Shown here: one piece after another, positions 50,901 to 62,000 of the stretch | Numbering within the stretch: the first letter of the stretch is position 1 | How the letters are laid out: each line of letters begins with the position of its first letter | DNA from: Coniocarpon cinnabarinum | Taxonomy: Eukaryota | Direction of reading: 5' to 3' | DNA length: 64,000 nt | NCBI GenBank assembly: GCA_051942205.1 | Contig: JAVECO010000047.1 | Location: forward strand, 1-64,000 | Made by a program: the position numbers and the translations under genes | The notes under the pieces: model-generated | Seen by the model: the letters and a program-made list of their open reading frames with translations, nothing else | Told to the model about the DNA's origin: nothing | Databases searched by the model: none

Positions 50901-52032
50901 GAAACTTACCGACGTCAAGACCGTCGTCTGCCTCAACCGCGAGAACAGAGCTGACCCCGCCGTCCGTCAGCAGAAAGCCATGCGCGAAAAGGGCCTCCGC
51001 TCTTTCGACAGTCTCAAGTCCAAAATCCATATCCTGCAGACGGACAGCGCTAAACCGCGGTTCGGACTGACACAGGCGGACTACGACAAGCTTACCGGCT
51101 CCGTCACGCACATCATCCATCAGGCGTGGCCCATGAGCGCGAAACGCGCCCTCGCCGGCTTCGAGTCCCAATTCGCCGTCATGCGCAATCTGCTCGACTT
51201 CGCCAGCAACGCCGCGGCCAAGCGCCCCGCCAGCTTCAGATTCTCCTTCCAGATGGTCTCCTCCATTGGTGTCGTCGGCCACTACGGCCTCGGCAACGGC
51301 CAAGACCGCACCATGGTCCCCGAGGAGCGCATGCCCATTGACACCGTCTTGGCCAATGGCTACGGCGAGGCCAAATGGGGCTGTGAGCGCATGCTCGACG
51401 AAACGCTGCATCAACACCACGACCGCTTCCGCACCATGACGGTGCGCCTCGGCCAGATCGCCGGCTCCAAGACAAGCGGCTACTGGAATCCCATGGAGCA
51501 TTTCGGCTTCCTGGTGAAGAGCTCGCAGACGCTGAATGCCCTCCCAGATGTCCCTGGGAAGGTCTACTGGACGCCCGTCAACGACATAGCCGCCACGCTG
51601 TCAGACCTCGTCCTCGCGGACAATGAGCCCCACGCTTTCTACCACATCGAGAACCCCGTGGGCCAGAGCTGGAAAGACATGAACGCCGTCCTCGCCTCCG
51701 CGCTCAACATTCCACACCTCATCCCCTTCGAGGAGTGGACTGCGCGCGTCAAGAATGCGCCCTCCAAGAATAATCCGGCGGCTACGTTGCTCGAGTTCCT
51801 GGATAGCAATTACCTCCGCATGTCGTGTGGTGGGTTGGTGCTTGACGTCAAGAATGCACTCGAGCATTCGGCGACGCTGAGAAGTATTGGGCCATTGCCG
51901 GATGTGATTCCCAGGAAGTACATCCAGATCTGGAAGGAGATCGGGTTTTTGAGCATGAGCGAGGAGGAGAAGAAGAATCTGCCGAAGATTCGGAATGAGC
52001 TGTGGGGAGCTGGCGAAGCGGTGGTGGGTTGA
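44937..52032 (+). CDS. Non-reducing iterative PKS SAT-KS-AT-PT-ACP-ACP-R (fusarubin Fsr1/PGL1-type architecture); exons 44937-45223, 45272-45554, 45613-49245, 49309-52032; 2308 aa
   Basis: SAT LFGDQ/GLCTG; KS DTACSSS, HGTGT, KANIGHGE; AT GQGAQ, GHSLG, YAFHS; PT GHEVDG..PS and IDSLTQ; two ACPs (GIDSL, GVDSL); terminal reductase TGASGSLG..YGEAK..RLGQIAG. No C-methyltransferase or TE domain. Confidence 0.95.
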
Positions 52033-52573
52033 GGTGATGAGGCGGCGGATGGGCTATTGAGAATGAAAGGATGAATGAACGGGTCTAGGAGGATGAAAAA
52101 TTGAGGGGAAGGGAGCGGGAGTGACGGGATGACGCCACGAGTATGAAAATAACATTCTCATTTGTTTTGATAGACGGATAGATATGCTGGGTCCGGAGTG
52201 TATACGGCGTCAGGGCGCAGGAGGTGTCATGAGAGCATTGCTCATACGAAGAATGAAGTCAGTTTGTCATTAGAACGCTGCATTTTTCGATGCTATAATC
52301 CTATTGGACTATCGTCCGCCATCGTTTACTCGCCGGGTTTTGATCTCCGGGGTTTAATCTCCGGAAGAGTCTGTGGTTGGAACAGCATGATGGCGGCAGG
52401 GGCGGCGAATGTAAAGTAGTCTCAGCGGTGGCAGAGACGTTGGCTAGAGTGCTTGGTTGACGGCGGCAGCGATGAGGTCACGGCTAATTCTACTTTGGCG
52501 GGGACTTCTTGCTGGGAGAGACGAACATTGCGCGGATTTAATGGCCGGAGTATAGTCGCCGGGGAGGTTTAGT

Positions 52574-52730
52574 CACCACTGGCTGCTCGTTGGTAACGTG
52601 CACTATTTTTTCAGAATAAGTCTCCATAGAGATCCTTTCCTGATGCAATTTTATTCACCACTGCTCTGCGGGCTGGTAACGTACATCATTTTCTCAGAAT
52701 AAGTCTCCATGGAGATCTTTTCCTGATGCA
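52574..52730. repeat. Diverged tandem duplication, ~83-bp period
   Basis: The 57-nt cores at 52591-52647 and 52674-52730 match at 51/57 positions. Confidence 0.85.
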
Positions 52731-53023
52731 GATTCGCATCATGTCATGCTTACATCTGAGCGTATTCACATCTAAACGTACTGACGTCCAACATATTCAT
52801 GTGTACAGCCTCAACTCGCATCAGACAAGCGCGACGAACACACCTCACCCCTGTCGTCGCCTATTTTTTTCTTTTTCTCCAAAGAAGCAAGAAAGGCAAA
52901 GAAAGGGAAGGAACATAGCATCTTGCAATTACGTACCTTGACAGAGATGCAGATTACCCAGCTTCCCTTGTTAAAAATACGCGCCCCCAACCTTTCGAAC
53001 CCGTCCCCACCGAAACCGGTGAT

Positions 53024-53179
53024 GCTTCTTGTCGTGTCTTCATCTCGTGTCTTCTTGTCGTGTCTTCATCTCGTGTCTTCATCTCGTGTCTTCATCTCGT
53101 GTCTTCATCTCGTGTCTTCATCTCGTGTCTTCTTCTCATATCTTCTTCTCATGTCTTCTTCTCATATCTTCTTCTTATA
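53024..53179. repeat. 13-bp minisatellite (TCTTCATCTCGTG)n, ~12 copies, degenerating at the 3' end
   Basis: Visible directly in the sequence. Confidence 0.9.
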
Positions 53180-53915
53180 CCAATGATTTTCATCATCTCC
53201 GGCGCAGAAGTGTCAATGAATCTTTCGCAGACCACGATACACGGACCAGGATATCCAGATCTTGATACAGGGATCATGAGACACAGATCACGAAATCTAT
53301 GTATGCTCCTGTCCCATTTTGACGACGGATCAGGATCACGCACGTTTTTCTGAATGCTCTTTCTGGATCTTCTTCTGGAAGGATAAGGCTATGAACGTGC
53401 AGACGGCTGAATTGGCTTGTTCACTCATTGCGAAAACGGCAAGCATTGAAACGCCAGCGCCGAAATGCGAGCGCATTACAGACATGATGAGATCAGCTGT
53501 TCTACCGTTCGAAAATTAGAATGAGATAGTTCGGTTTGCAAGAGGGGCCAAGTGGTGAGATTGCTGAGATTCCTGAGATAGAGGCATGCGCTGGGATGTT
53601 CGCCACGGGTGAAGTCCGAGGATGGCGTGCGATGGAAGCGAAGTCGGGTGGACGACTTTCGGTGTGTATCATGTGAGGTAGAGCTGTACCATTAGAGAAG
53701 ATCCTGTATACTTTACTTCACGCTATGGATACAGTATGTACTCGACTCAATCGCCCGTCTTATACAAGCACCAGACCCTATTGTTACCCAACGCCACGCT
53801 ATGCACATCATGCCATCTCATCCCTTCCCATCTCATACCATCCTATCCCATGCCATCCTAGTTCATCTTGCATGCCAGCCCATCACGACGTCACTCACTC
53901 CCCCGATATTTGCGC

Positions 53916-56849
53916 TTACTCCTCAGCATCACTCAACTGGCTAAAAGCCGTCAACTTCTTCTCCAACTCCGGCAATCCCTCCACCTTCCGCGCATCCTTA
54001 CTCCCACCCCTCCTATCCCCGCCCGGCCTCCTCAACGAAGCAAGTCCACTCCTCACCGGACTTCGACTCCGGCTCACCGAGCGAGAGGTATCACTACTAT
54101 GCTCCAAACTCCGCGGCGCAGTGCTGAGCTGCTGCCTCGCCGCATCAAAGAACGCGTCATCACGCCAGTACGAGTCACCCCTTGTGATCTCACCCGGTCT
54201 CAACAGATTATTACTCTGTGTTTTATCATCAGTTGGTGTCATTTGAATGGAGCTGTCCGAGCTTTTGTTCTTGACGCCGTCGATCTGAGCGAGGGCACTA
54301 GAGCGCGTGGGCGAGCGATCTGGAAGGGGGCTGTGACGCGTTCCCGGCACGAGGGCGCTGGCGCGTTTGGCGAAGTTGAAGGATTTGAGGGGAGAGGTGC
54401 TGCGGGTGCCGGCGCGCATTTGAGGGAGAGCGGGGGAGCTCGCCGAAGAATCTGCGACGCTGAGGATGGGACTTGCTTTTTCGCCGTTGCGGTCTATAGA
54501 GTGCATGGAAGTGCCACTGACGCTCTGACGCCAGTGGGCGATGCTTTCGCGGCCGTGGACAGAAGTCGCAGGAGGACCATGAATAGAGCCGTAGCTGCTC
54601 TGTCTCAGACTGCTAGGCCCAATACTCGAGCGATTCGACGTGCTGCTATTTTGTCGACTCAGACCACCGTTACGAGCGATAGACATGGAAGAGCGGTGAA
54701 TAATGCTGGAGCCAGCACGTTTGATGGATGAGATTTCAGGGTCGGCGTGGTGGCGCGCGCGGTTTTTCCACGCGCAGTCCTGTCGGAAAACGGAGATGGC
54801 GCCGGATGCGGAGGCGGCGATGAGGACATTGCCGTCGGAGTGGGCGGTGCGGCTGAGGTAGCCGTTGTTGCTGGCTTCGGAGGGACGTCGAGATGAGTCG
54901 AGGGACGGTCGGACGCTGGGTTCACTTTCGCTGATTGAGGGGTTGTCGATGGCGATTGAGTGCCGCACTGGACTGAACCCAACGTCGGCTGCTTCGGACC
55001 GAGAGACGAGTGTCACGGGTGGCGGATTGCAAATGTCGTAGATGGGGTCTTCGGATGCTGAGAGATGTTGTCGCGATCGCTGCGGGAGGAAAATCGCACA
55101 CGTGCTGTTAGCATTGTGCGCTTCAAATACTTCTAGCGGCCAATGATCTTTTCTGGCATTGCTAACTTCAGTTGCATCCGAAGTCGACGTGCTCCATATG
55201 TAGACCTTTTTGTCTTCACTCCCACTGATCACGTAGCGACCATCATCAGAGAAGCAGGCGTGTATCTGCGAACTGAGGTTTTCGTGTCCCTTGAACTTCA
55301 TTTCCAGTGATTTGTCTCGAAGATTGTACATTCGTATCCGTGAATCATTGCTGGTGATCAAAACTTTGATGTCAGTGAGCTTGTGGATGGAAGAACTGCT
55401 TCGATTTATACCGGCCGGCGTAATATGCATGGCTTTGATGCCAGTAATTTTACTGCCCTTGGCATTCTTGCCAGTGCGTGATTTGACATGTAGTTGAGCT
55501 TGATATCGGAGACTCTCCGTTTCGTAGAATAAGCAGAGGCCAGACAATGTGCCCGCCATAGCTTGCTTGCCATCAGGCGAGAACGCGACGCTGGTTATCA
55601 TCTCAGGGGCTTGGTTCCAATAGGCGACAGCTTTATCTGGAATGCTCCAAAGCCGAAGTTTGGCGTCTAGGGAGCCTGCCAGAAAGAAACGATCGTCGCT
55701 AGGATGGAAAGCAACCGAGGTCACAAAGTCGCCGTGCTTAAAGGCGCAGAGACACTCACAGCGAGACACATGCCACAAGCGGACAGTCTTGTCAATGCTC
55801 GATGACAGCAGAAAGTTGTTCTTTGACCAACTGAGAGACAGTACATCACCGGTATGACCAGTAAAGGTGCGGAGCGGTTGGTCTTTGAAGACAGGGGCTG
55901 AGAGATGATGTGATTTGCCGTCAGACATGTGCGCGTCTTCATCCTTGGAAAACTGGGTGCGATCCTGAGAGCTCGAGAGTATGGGCCAAATTCGGATGAG
56001 GTGGTCTTGTCCGGCACTGGCCAAGAATCTCCCATCCTTACTGACTTCAAGAGCCCACACAGCTTTGCCATTCCCCGATGATCGCCTGTATATGGCCTGG
56101 CTGGAATTGATCGACTCTTTGTCGACGTGAAAGCTCGTGCCAAAGTCACGCAGTTGCTGAGCCAAGAACATGCGATTGAACTCCCGCTCTTTCTTGTACT
56201 TGGATCTCATCTTGATATACGGCGGCGGCTTTCTGTGCTTGGGCGCAAATCCCATGTTGTCGAAAGATTGGTAGAACATCTCAACATCAGCGCCCTCCGG
56301 CCGTTCCTCCCCTCCTTCCGCCATATCTAACGCGGACTCATCCTGTTCATCCTTTTTCTTGTTCCCTATGATCCGCGCCAGGAAGGCGACCCCTTTCTTC
56401 TTGTCTCGTACTTTGCTGGGATCAAAACGGGCCGATTCAGTGGACGGGCGCGGTGAGGCTGCATCTCCACTGAGGGGATTCAAGGTCTGCGACCAGCTCT
56501 CGGATTGTCGCTGCACGCGCGAGGGAGTGGTAGCCGGCGGAAGATTTCCAGTACGCTCAAAGATCTCTTGCGACACTGGATCTACAGAACCAGCTGAAAT
56601 GGGACGTGCGGAGGTTTTGAGCTTCAACGTATCCTCGCCTAAGGTCGTATTCGCCGGAGCGGGCGGTCCGGCGGGATCCGGTCCAGTGGTCGTCGCGAGG
56701 GAGGCATTGGAAGTGACTGGTCTGCTGGGTGTATCTTGGTATTCAACCGCGTCGGCAAACTCGGAGGCGTTGGTCTGTGAGACGTCAAACGGACTGGAAG
56801 TGCTCAACTGGGGATCTGTTATATGAATGTGAGGGAGGGTCTCTGTCAT
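53916..56849 (-). CDS. WD40-repeat protein (WDR44/Dgr2-like)
   Basis: 977-aa ORF: LFLAQ-like motif, SKDGRFLASAGQD, GHTGDVLSLSWSKNNFLLSSSIDKTVRLWH, FVTSVAFHPSDDRFFLAGSLD, LITSNDSRIR. Confidence 0.88.
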   Translation of the reverse strand: MTETLPHIHITDPQLSTSSPFDVSQTNASEFADAVEYQDTPSRPVTSNASLATTTGPDPAGPPAPANTTLGEDTLKLKTSARPISAGSVDPVSQEIFERTGNLPPATTPSRVQRQSESWSQTLNPLSGDAASPRPSTESARFDPSKVRDKKKGVAFLARIIGNKKKDEQDESALDMAEGGEERPEGADVEMFYQSFDNMGFAPKHRKPPPYIKMRSKYKKEREFNRMFLAQQLRDFGTSFHVDKESINSSQAIYRRSSGNGKAVWALEVSKDGRFLASAGQDHLIRIWPILSSSQDRTQFSKDEDAHMSDGKSHHLSAPVFKDQPLRTFTGHTGDVLSLSWSKNNFLLSSSIDKTVRLWHVSRCECLCAFKHGDFVTSVAFHPSDDRFFLAGSLDAKLRLWSIPDKAVAYWNQAPEMITSVAFSPDGKQAMAGTLSGLCLFYETESLRYQAQLHVKSRTGKNAKGSKITGIKAMHITPAGINRSSSSIHKLTDIKVLITSNDSRIRMYNLRDKSLEMKFKGHENLSSQIHACFSDDGRYVISGSEDKKVYIWSTSTSDATEVSNARKDHWPLEVFEAHNANSTCAIFLPQRSRQHLSASEDPIYDICNPPPVTLVSRSEAADVGFSPVRHSIAIDNPSISESEPSVRPSLDSSRRPSEASNNGYLSRTAHSDGNVLIAASASGAISVFRQDCAWKNRARHHADPEISSIKRAGSSIIHRSSMSIARNGGLSRQNSSTSNRSSIGPSSLRQSSYGSIHGPPATSVHGRESIAHWRQSVSGTSMHSIDRNGEKASPILSVADSSASSPALPQMRAGTRSTSPLKSFNFAKRASALVPGTRHSPLPDRSPTRSSALAQIDGVKNKSSDSSIQMTPTDDKTQSNNLLRPGEITRGDSYWRDDAFFDAARQQLSTAPRSLEHSSDTSRSVSRSRSPVRSGLASLRRPGGDRRGGSKDARKVEGLPELEKKLTAFSQLSDAEE

Positions 56850-57286
56850 CGTTGCATGTGCCTTGGGCTGGGGTTATCTCCGAATCGGACGGGGCAACGA
56901 GCTCGGAGGATCATTGGAAGCGTTCTGCGGCACAGGAGGACTAGATGAAACGAGCGATTGCTGAAGGACGTCCGCGCGCAGGGATGTGCAGGAGAATGAG
57001 GGACAAGAAACAAAAGCAAGAGAGGGACAAGCTGGACAATACTGTATGGGCTGACGGACCCCAAGCGGCGTAAGATTCAGACCACCGGAACCGTCGCCAA
57101 ATGACGTCGAGTCATGATGCTATATAAGGGTCCCGCCCTATCCGATATTATCGTTTGCAAAATGTCACGTGAGACTCGCCCCTTCACCTCAAATTCATCC
57201 CAGCGCAACGAGGTCGATAATAGTAGTCTTCAAATCTTCGAATTCCCAGAACGCCGCCGCTCTCCCTGCTTTTCTCCATCTTGTTC

Positions 57287-57822
57287 TCATCCCCTCCTCC
57301 TCAACCTCCCTGCCCACGCTCCCCCAGCTCCACGCACACGAGTCTGCTGCTGCTGTTGCTGCTGTTGCGGCTGTTGCGCCTGCTGTTGCTGTGATTGAGG
57401 CAGCGGCAGCGGCTGCTGCGGCGGTGGTGGCTGCTGCTGCGGTTGCGGTTGCAGTTGCAGCTGCGGCGGTTGTGGTTGTGGTTGTTGCTGCTGTTGCTGC
57501 TGCTGCTGGGCACGGGCAGCGCGGTTCTCTGCGAATTTGCTATATGCAAGTCAGTCAAGGCACGAAAAACAGGGCAAAAATACACTCACGCTTTCCAGCT
57601 GGCCTCTATTCTCCGCATGTATCTCTCTTCCCGCTTTCTCCGCCATTCTACCTACTTGTCGTACTTCCACCGAGCCATGTATTCGGCCCGGTGGTCAGGC
57701 TTCCCGAGCTTGATGGCGTCGAGGCGGACTCTCTTCCACCGACGGACTGGTTTGGGGGCAGTTACGTGCCTGGTTTTGCGGGCGGTGCCCGACGGTTTAG
57801 CTTGAGTCTTCTTTGGACCCAT
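57287..57822 (-). CDS. Putative small basic protein with a polyQ/P tract (spliced; not captured by the ORF track); exons 57822-57656, 57539-57287
   Basis: MGPKKTQAKP..RWKYD|NKFAENRAARAQQQQ..PQPQ..QQQQTRVRG..RRRG*. GTAGGT donor at 57655, CTGAC branch point, TAG acceptor at 57540. Confidence 0.45.
57345..57508. repeat. Trinucleotide low-complexity tract (CAG/CAA/CCG on the minus strand)
   Basis: GCT/GTT/GCG runs on the + strand. Confidence 0.85.
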
Positions 57823-59811
57823 TGTGCTTTGTCGGCGAGAAACAGGGTCCGACGTGCTGCTGTTGCTGGTGATGTTGCTGTTGCTGGTGCTGTTGGTGCT
57901 GCGAGCTGGTGCGACCGGCGCACACGAGCTTGATGATGGTGGTGGTGGTGAGGACGAGGACGAGGACGAGGATGCAACCAACGTTGCAGGAGCAGAGAAA
58001 GATATGAGGTATGAGGAGGAGAAGAGAAAGAAGAGAGCATTGGGAAGTCTTAAGCTGCAGTGAACAACTCGGTGGCTGGTCTGATTGCATTGAGAACAAT
58101 ACGCTCATTGAGACCTCAATACGCTGTATTGATGCTAGGCATTGACCTTGTTTCAGGTTTGAATGTGTTTCAGATCTCATTGTCATGATACCATTCATGA
58201 TCTATTGCGCCTATCACCTTGCACCGAACCCTGCATCTCATCCCCCTTGGCGCGAGAGCCGCCTCTTCGAAGCTTATCTCCTCTTTGCGATGCGCCATTT
58301 TAAGTTTCAAGAGACGCGATGAGAAATCTGGCGCGTAATTGACTTCAAGGCTTGCGAGATGTGTGGGAATTGCCTGACAAAAGCCATCTCCAGTATGTAA
58401 ATTGAGCACGAGAACCTTTTAACAGTGGATTGGCCGGACTCTCATACCGCCGTCAATCACATTTTCTTGCATGTTCCTAGCTCTTTTCTTACGCATTGTG
58501 AAATTTTCAAACTTGAAATTCGAATAGCAAAAAAGTTCCCAAAAAAGCAGCATCATTTTCGAAACCGACCAATTTGCCACTTTAATATGCCAAAACAAGA
58601 TAGAATTATTTTACGTCAGACTGCTGTCGCTCGAGATTGGAGAGACTTGTTTGCAACATTCTCAAAGAACAGCCTACATCAAACTTGAAAGCACCCTGCA
58701 AACACAATTTACAAAGTTTTTCCAGTTTTATCACCACTTTATCGTTGGAAATTTATGTATGAATTGGCTGTCGCTCCAAGCTCAAGAATGCTGCAGACAT
58801 TGACAGAAATCATGTCGAAAAGACGAGATGAAGTCACCACAACAAGGTAACGCTAAGCGCCCATTAAGCGCCTTTGACATCAGACGCGCCTATGCGCTAG
58901 TGCGAACCATTGAGTTTTGAGTGGCAAATCTGAAACACATTGATGGCCCCTGCAGCTGTCCATGTTTCAGATTTTGACTCAGGGATGTCATGTACTTGGG
59001 CTTAGAAACTCAATTCGCGCTTGAACATTTTTGACCCAGGCTGCAAAGCCGTGCGACAGTGCACCTTCTCGACATCTTGCTTATAGCGCTGGACCGCAGT
59101 CCATCGATATGCAACATCCTAACATGGGAACTAGAAAGGCCGGCAAGTGATGCAACCCTTGGACAACAACTACTCCAGACGGGCGCCTCGCATCGGGATC
59201 GCCACAAGAAACAGCGACAGAATCTTGCGGACCATATTGGAAATGAGTTATGGGCCAGTGAACGATGAAAAGACATGATTTCGTGCATCCTTAAGGAAGT
59301 GGACGGACGATAGAGAATCCATGTTTAGGGCAATCCGACGCTGCGACACACTGCGCGTAGGTGTCCAAGTGTCCATCGACGCCTTCAAGCAGAAGCGATC
59401 TCTTCTCCAAGGTTACAAATACACATTGCAGGATCAATTGCGCCGCGTTGAGGCACAGTCGCACTCGCAGACGAACATCATCCAGAGCCAGATGACAGAG
59501 CCAATTCCCCTGAGCAACCTTGAGCTGGGCTGAGGGTCAATGCGCAATGCCGGGTAGAAGAACTGGGTGTATCCTGTGCTGAGGGCATAACTCGCTGTAC
59601 TGATGGCCTGTTAAATGTTATTTCGTTGAGCTCATGCAGCTGAGAAGAGCTCAAGGAGGCCAGTGAATTAAAGCAGCTGGGTCATTGCAGAATTAGGCCT
59701 AGCTTCCTCAATTTTCCGGTGTTGTAGCAAGCAATGCAAGAGCCAGAGAATAGTTGAAGACGGTGCTAGTAGCCTGAGTTAAATGTGGTTCCTATCTGCG
59801 GTCTGAGAAAC

Positions 59812-60615
59812 TCAGCTCTGATCGACATGTTCATCTTTCCACATCCAAACGGCCCACTCGCACAATCTTTCATCGTCCCACTCCTCCCCAACATCGACCT
59901 TGCCCTCTTCCACAGCTATAAGACCCAAGTTTTCGAGCCGTTTCCAGAGGTCTTGAATGAAGCTAAGATGCATGATCCTGAGCGGATAGCCCATGATCAC
60001 CCTCGCTTGCCGATCCTTCGATAGCCAATGCTCCACGACTTGGACAATACTTGGCGGATGGTACTCATCGTAGACAGTGTCCGCGGCCAGGATGACATCA
60101 AAGCGACCATGGTTCGTGGGACTTCTAGTTCTCTCTTGGTGAATTGTTAGTTGGTCCGGTTCGCGCCAGTCAAGCGTACCGGCACAGATGGTAGACCTGG
60201 TATTCTTGAGGGTCACCGCATTCAATGAGATGGTCTTTGCCAAGTTTGCGGTGCACGCAGCAATGTCTGTTAGCACTACATCTGCGTTCCACAACAGCGC
60301 CGCAGATAGGCCTGCAAGGCCCGTACCAGCGCCAATTTCGAGTACTCTAATTCTTGGCCCGGTGTTGGGATCGACTGCATGAGTCGGCGTCGGTGCATAT
60401 CCATTTACCGCCGACGCAGAGTTCTCGTTGCCACCATACACCTCTCGCCTGGACGGTTCCAGAAGGTGGATGCGATTAGCGAGGAACAGGGCACTAGACC
60501 AAGTACTCAAGCCAAGGATCGAGCCGCTGAAAGGCTGTGAGACGGTGATGTCGAGTACGTTGTTGTGTTGATCAGCGATTACCTGGTATGTTCTGGTCTC
60601 CTTATCCATGTCCAT
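59812..60615 (-). CDS. Protein-lysine N-methyltransferase (Methyltransf_16; Efm2/Rrg1-like)
   Basis: LGLSTWSSALFLA, VLEIGAGTGLAG, LTDI, LDW, FDVILAADTVY, YPLR. Confidence 0.82.
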   Translation of the reverse strand: MDMDKETRTYQVIADQHNNVLDITVSQPFSGSILGLSTWSSALFLANRIHLLEPSRREVYGGNENSASAVNGYAPTPTHAVDPNTGPRIRVLEIGAGTGLAGLSAALLWNADVVLTDIAACTANLAKTISLNAVTLKNTRSTICAGTLDWREPDQLTIHQERTRSPTNHGRFDVILAADTVYDEYHPPSIVQVVEHWLSKDRQARVIMGYPLRIMHLSFIQDLWKRLENLGLIAVEEGKVDVGEEWDDERLCEWAVWMWKDEHVDQS

Positions 60616-60846
60616 GCGCTATCGCAGCACTGGGTTTGGTGTTGGAAAGCGGGTTCCAAATCGTGTGCCCGCAGAATATTTCGGGGGTCGATTATTTCGC
60701 TCGATGATTTCGCTCGATAGAAGGTCCGAGATGATCCGAGCCAGCGATGTGTCTTTTGCGTCTTCAATCTTTCACGCCTGATCAGGATCCGCTCTGTCGC
60801 TTGAATGCCGTAAAGATTTGCAGCAATGAGGGAGCTATGACAAAGC

Positions 60847-61617
60847 TCAAGGTGAAGAGATGTCGAACCGCCTCATCTTGAATACGAGTCCATGGCAGGC
60901 GGTAATATCCCACACGTGAGCTAGTCTTGCTTTCAGGCTCTCCAGGTACTTGTTCACTCGAACGTCGCAAACTTGCGCAAAACTCGGCAGAGATATAGTG
61001 ATGGTGGGCTGCCGTTGCAAGAGGTTGCTGAGCATGTCAACGCACTTGAGGAGATTCTGCAAGCTGCGCCTCTTTGTGTGACAGTACTCAGGCGTATCGA
61101 GCCACGTGATCCAGATCTGTTTCACGCGCCCAGCACCCAGCGCTTCGGCAAATCCAGGCACAAGCTTGATTGTCGGGTTATGGCTGGAGACGAGATCTTC
61201 CAGCGGTTCTGGACTACGCTTCTGCCGACACTGCAGCGTGAGACGAATCGAGCTCACGTGTCGAGCCATTTGTGGAAACTCGTAGTAATCCCTCCCCAAC
61301 ACTGCTTGAGAGATGCTGATGGATCCGCTTTCGTTGATGGGCGCGCGCTTCTGGCTTTCGTCCTGGACGTCGAGACTGAAGCCGAACTCCCACGCGTTGT
61401 AAAGCATTGGTGCAGCTTCCTCGTAGATGATCTTGCATGTGCGCAAGATCCGAGTCTGTAAGCCTGAGTGTTGACCCAAGGATATACCAGTAACCTTCAT
61501 ATTGTGGATATTCAGGTATGGAGGATAGCTCGACGGACTGAAGAGAAGCTCGTACACTTCGCATCTTAATTCGAAGGGAAGGTCCAGAAAGGAGTCGGGC
61601 TTCCGCAAAGCGCTCAT
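60847..61617 (-). CDS. Fungal hypothetical protein with an F-box-like N-terminus
   Basis: SFLDLPFELRCEVYELL..ILRTCKIIYEEAAPMLY. Confidence 0.7.
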   Translation of the reverse strand: MSALRKPDSFLDLPFELRCEVYELLFSPSSYPPYLNIHNMKVTGISLGQHSGLQTRILRTCKIIYEEAAPMLYNAWEFGFSLDVQDESQKRAPINESGSISISQAVLGRDYYEFPQMARHVSSIRLTLQCRQKRSPEPLEDLVSSHNPTIKLVPGFAEALGAGRVKQIWITWLDTPEYCHTKRRSLQNLLKCVDMLSNLLQRQPTITISLPSFAQVCDVRVNKYLESLKARLAHVWDITACHGLVFKMRRFDISSP

Positions 61618-62000
61618 TCTCCCTGTCTGTCGGGGGTTAGATCGTGCGTCGCAACTGCCCGTCATTAGTTTTCGGCCTTGCGGTGCCTGTTCTTGCGACC
61701 CTGTAACACGAGGAAGTCGTCGCTTGTATGCCCGGGCTGGATGTTCTTGCCTCACCAATCAGGTTGTCGAATGACACAAGCAAACTTGATGTAACAGATG
61801 GCGCTGTGAAGCTGAGAAGGTTTTTGGTTATTAGGTCAAATGACACAGGCGCTAATTGGAGAGGGAATAATATGTACACTCAGACAGCGAACCCTCAGGT
61901 GTATCGCAGTACGAGCTAAAGCGCTTGCACACCTTTGCCTCGATACCGTGACCCCTGCTGAATAAAGGTATCAAGCACCAGGGCGAGCAGAGTAGCTCCG

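Noticed and set aside
46047..51867. Many long antisense ORFs within the PKS
   Set aside because: Expected from codon bias in a GC-rich gene; no motifs.
44937..52032. PKS as a melanin/cercosporin/elsinochrome-type or azaphilone-type synthase
   Set aside because: It ends in a reductase rather than a TE domain and lacks the C-methyltransferase of azaphilone-type NR-PKSs.
53031..53179. Regular short repeat as a CRISPR array
   Set aside because: No unique spacers and eukaryotic context; it is a minisatellite.
57169..57933. 254-aa Ala/Val-rich plus-strand ORF
   Set aside because: Antisense reading of the CAG/CAA tract, with a non-ATG start.
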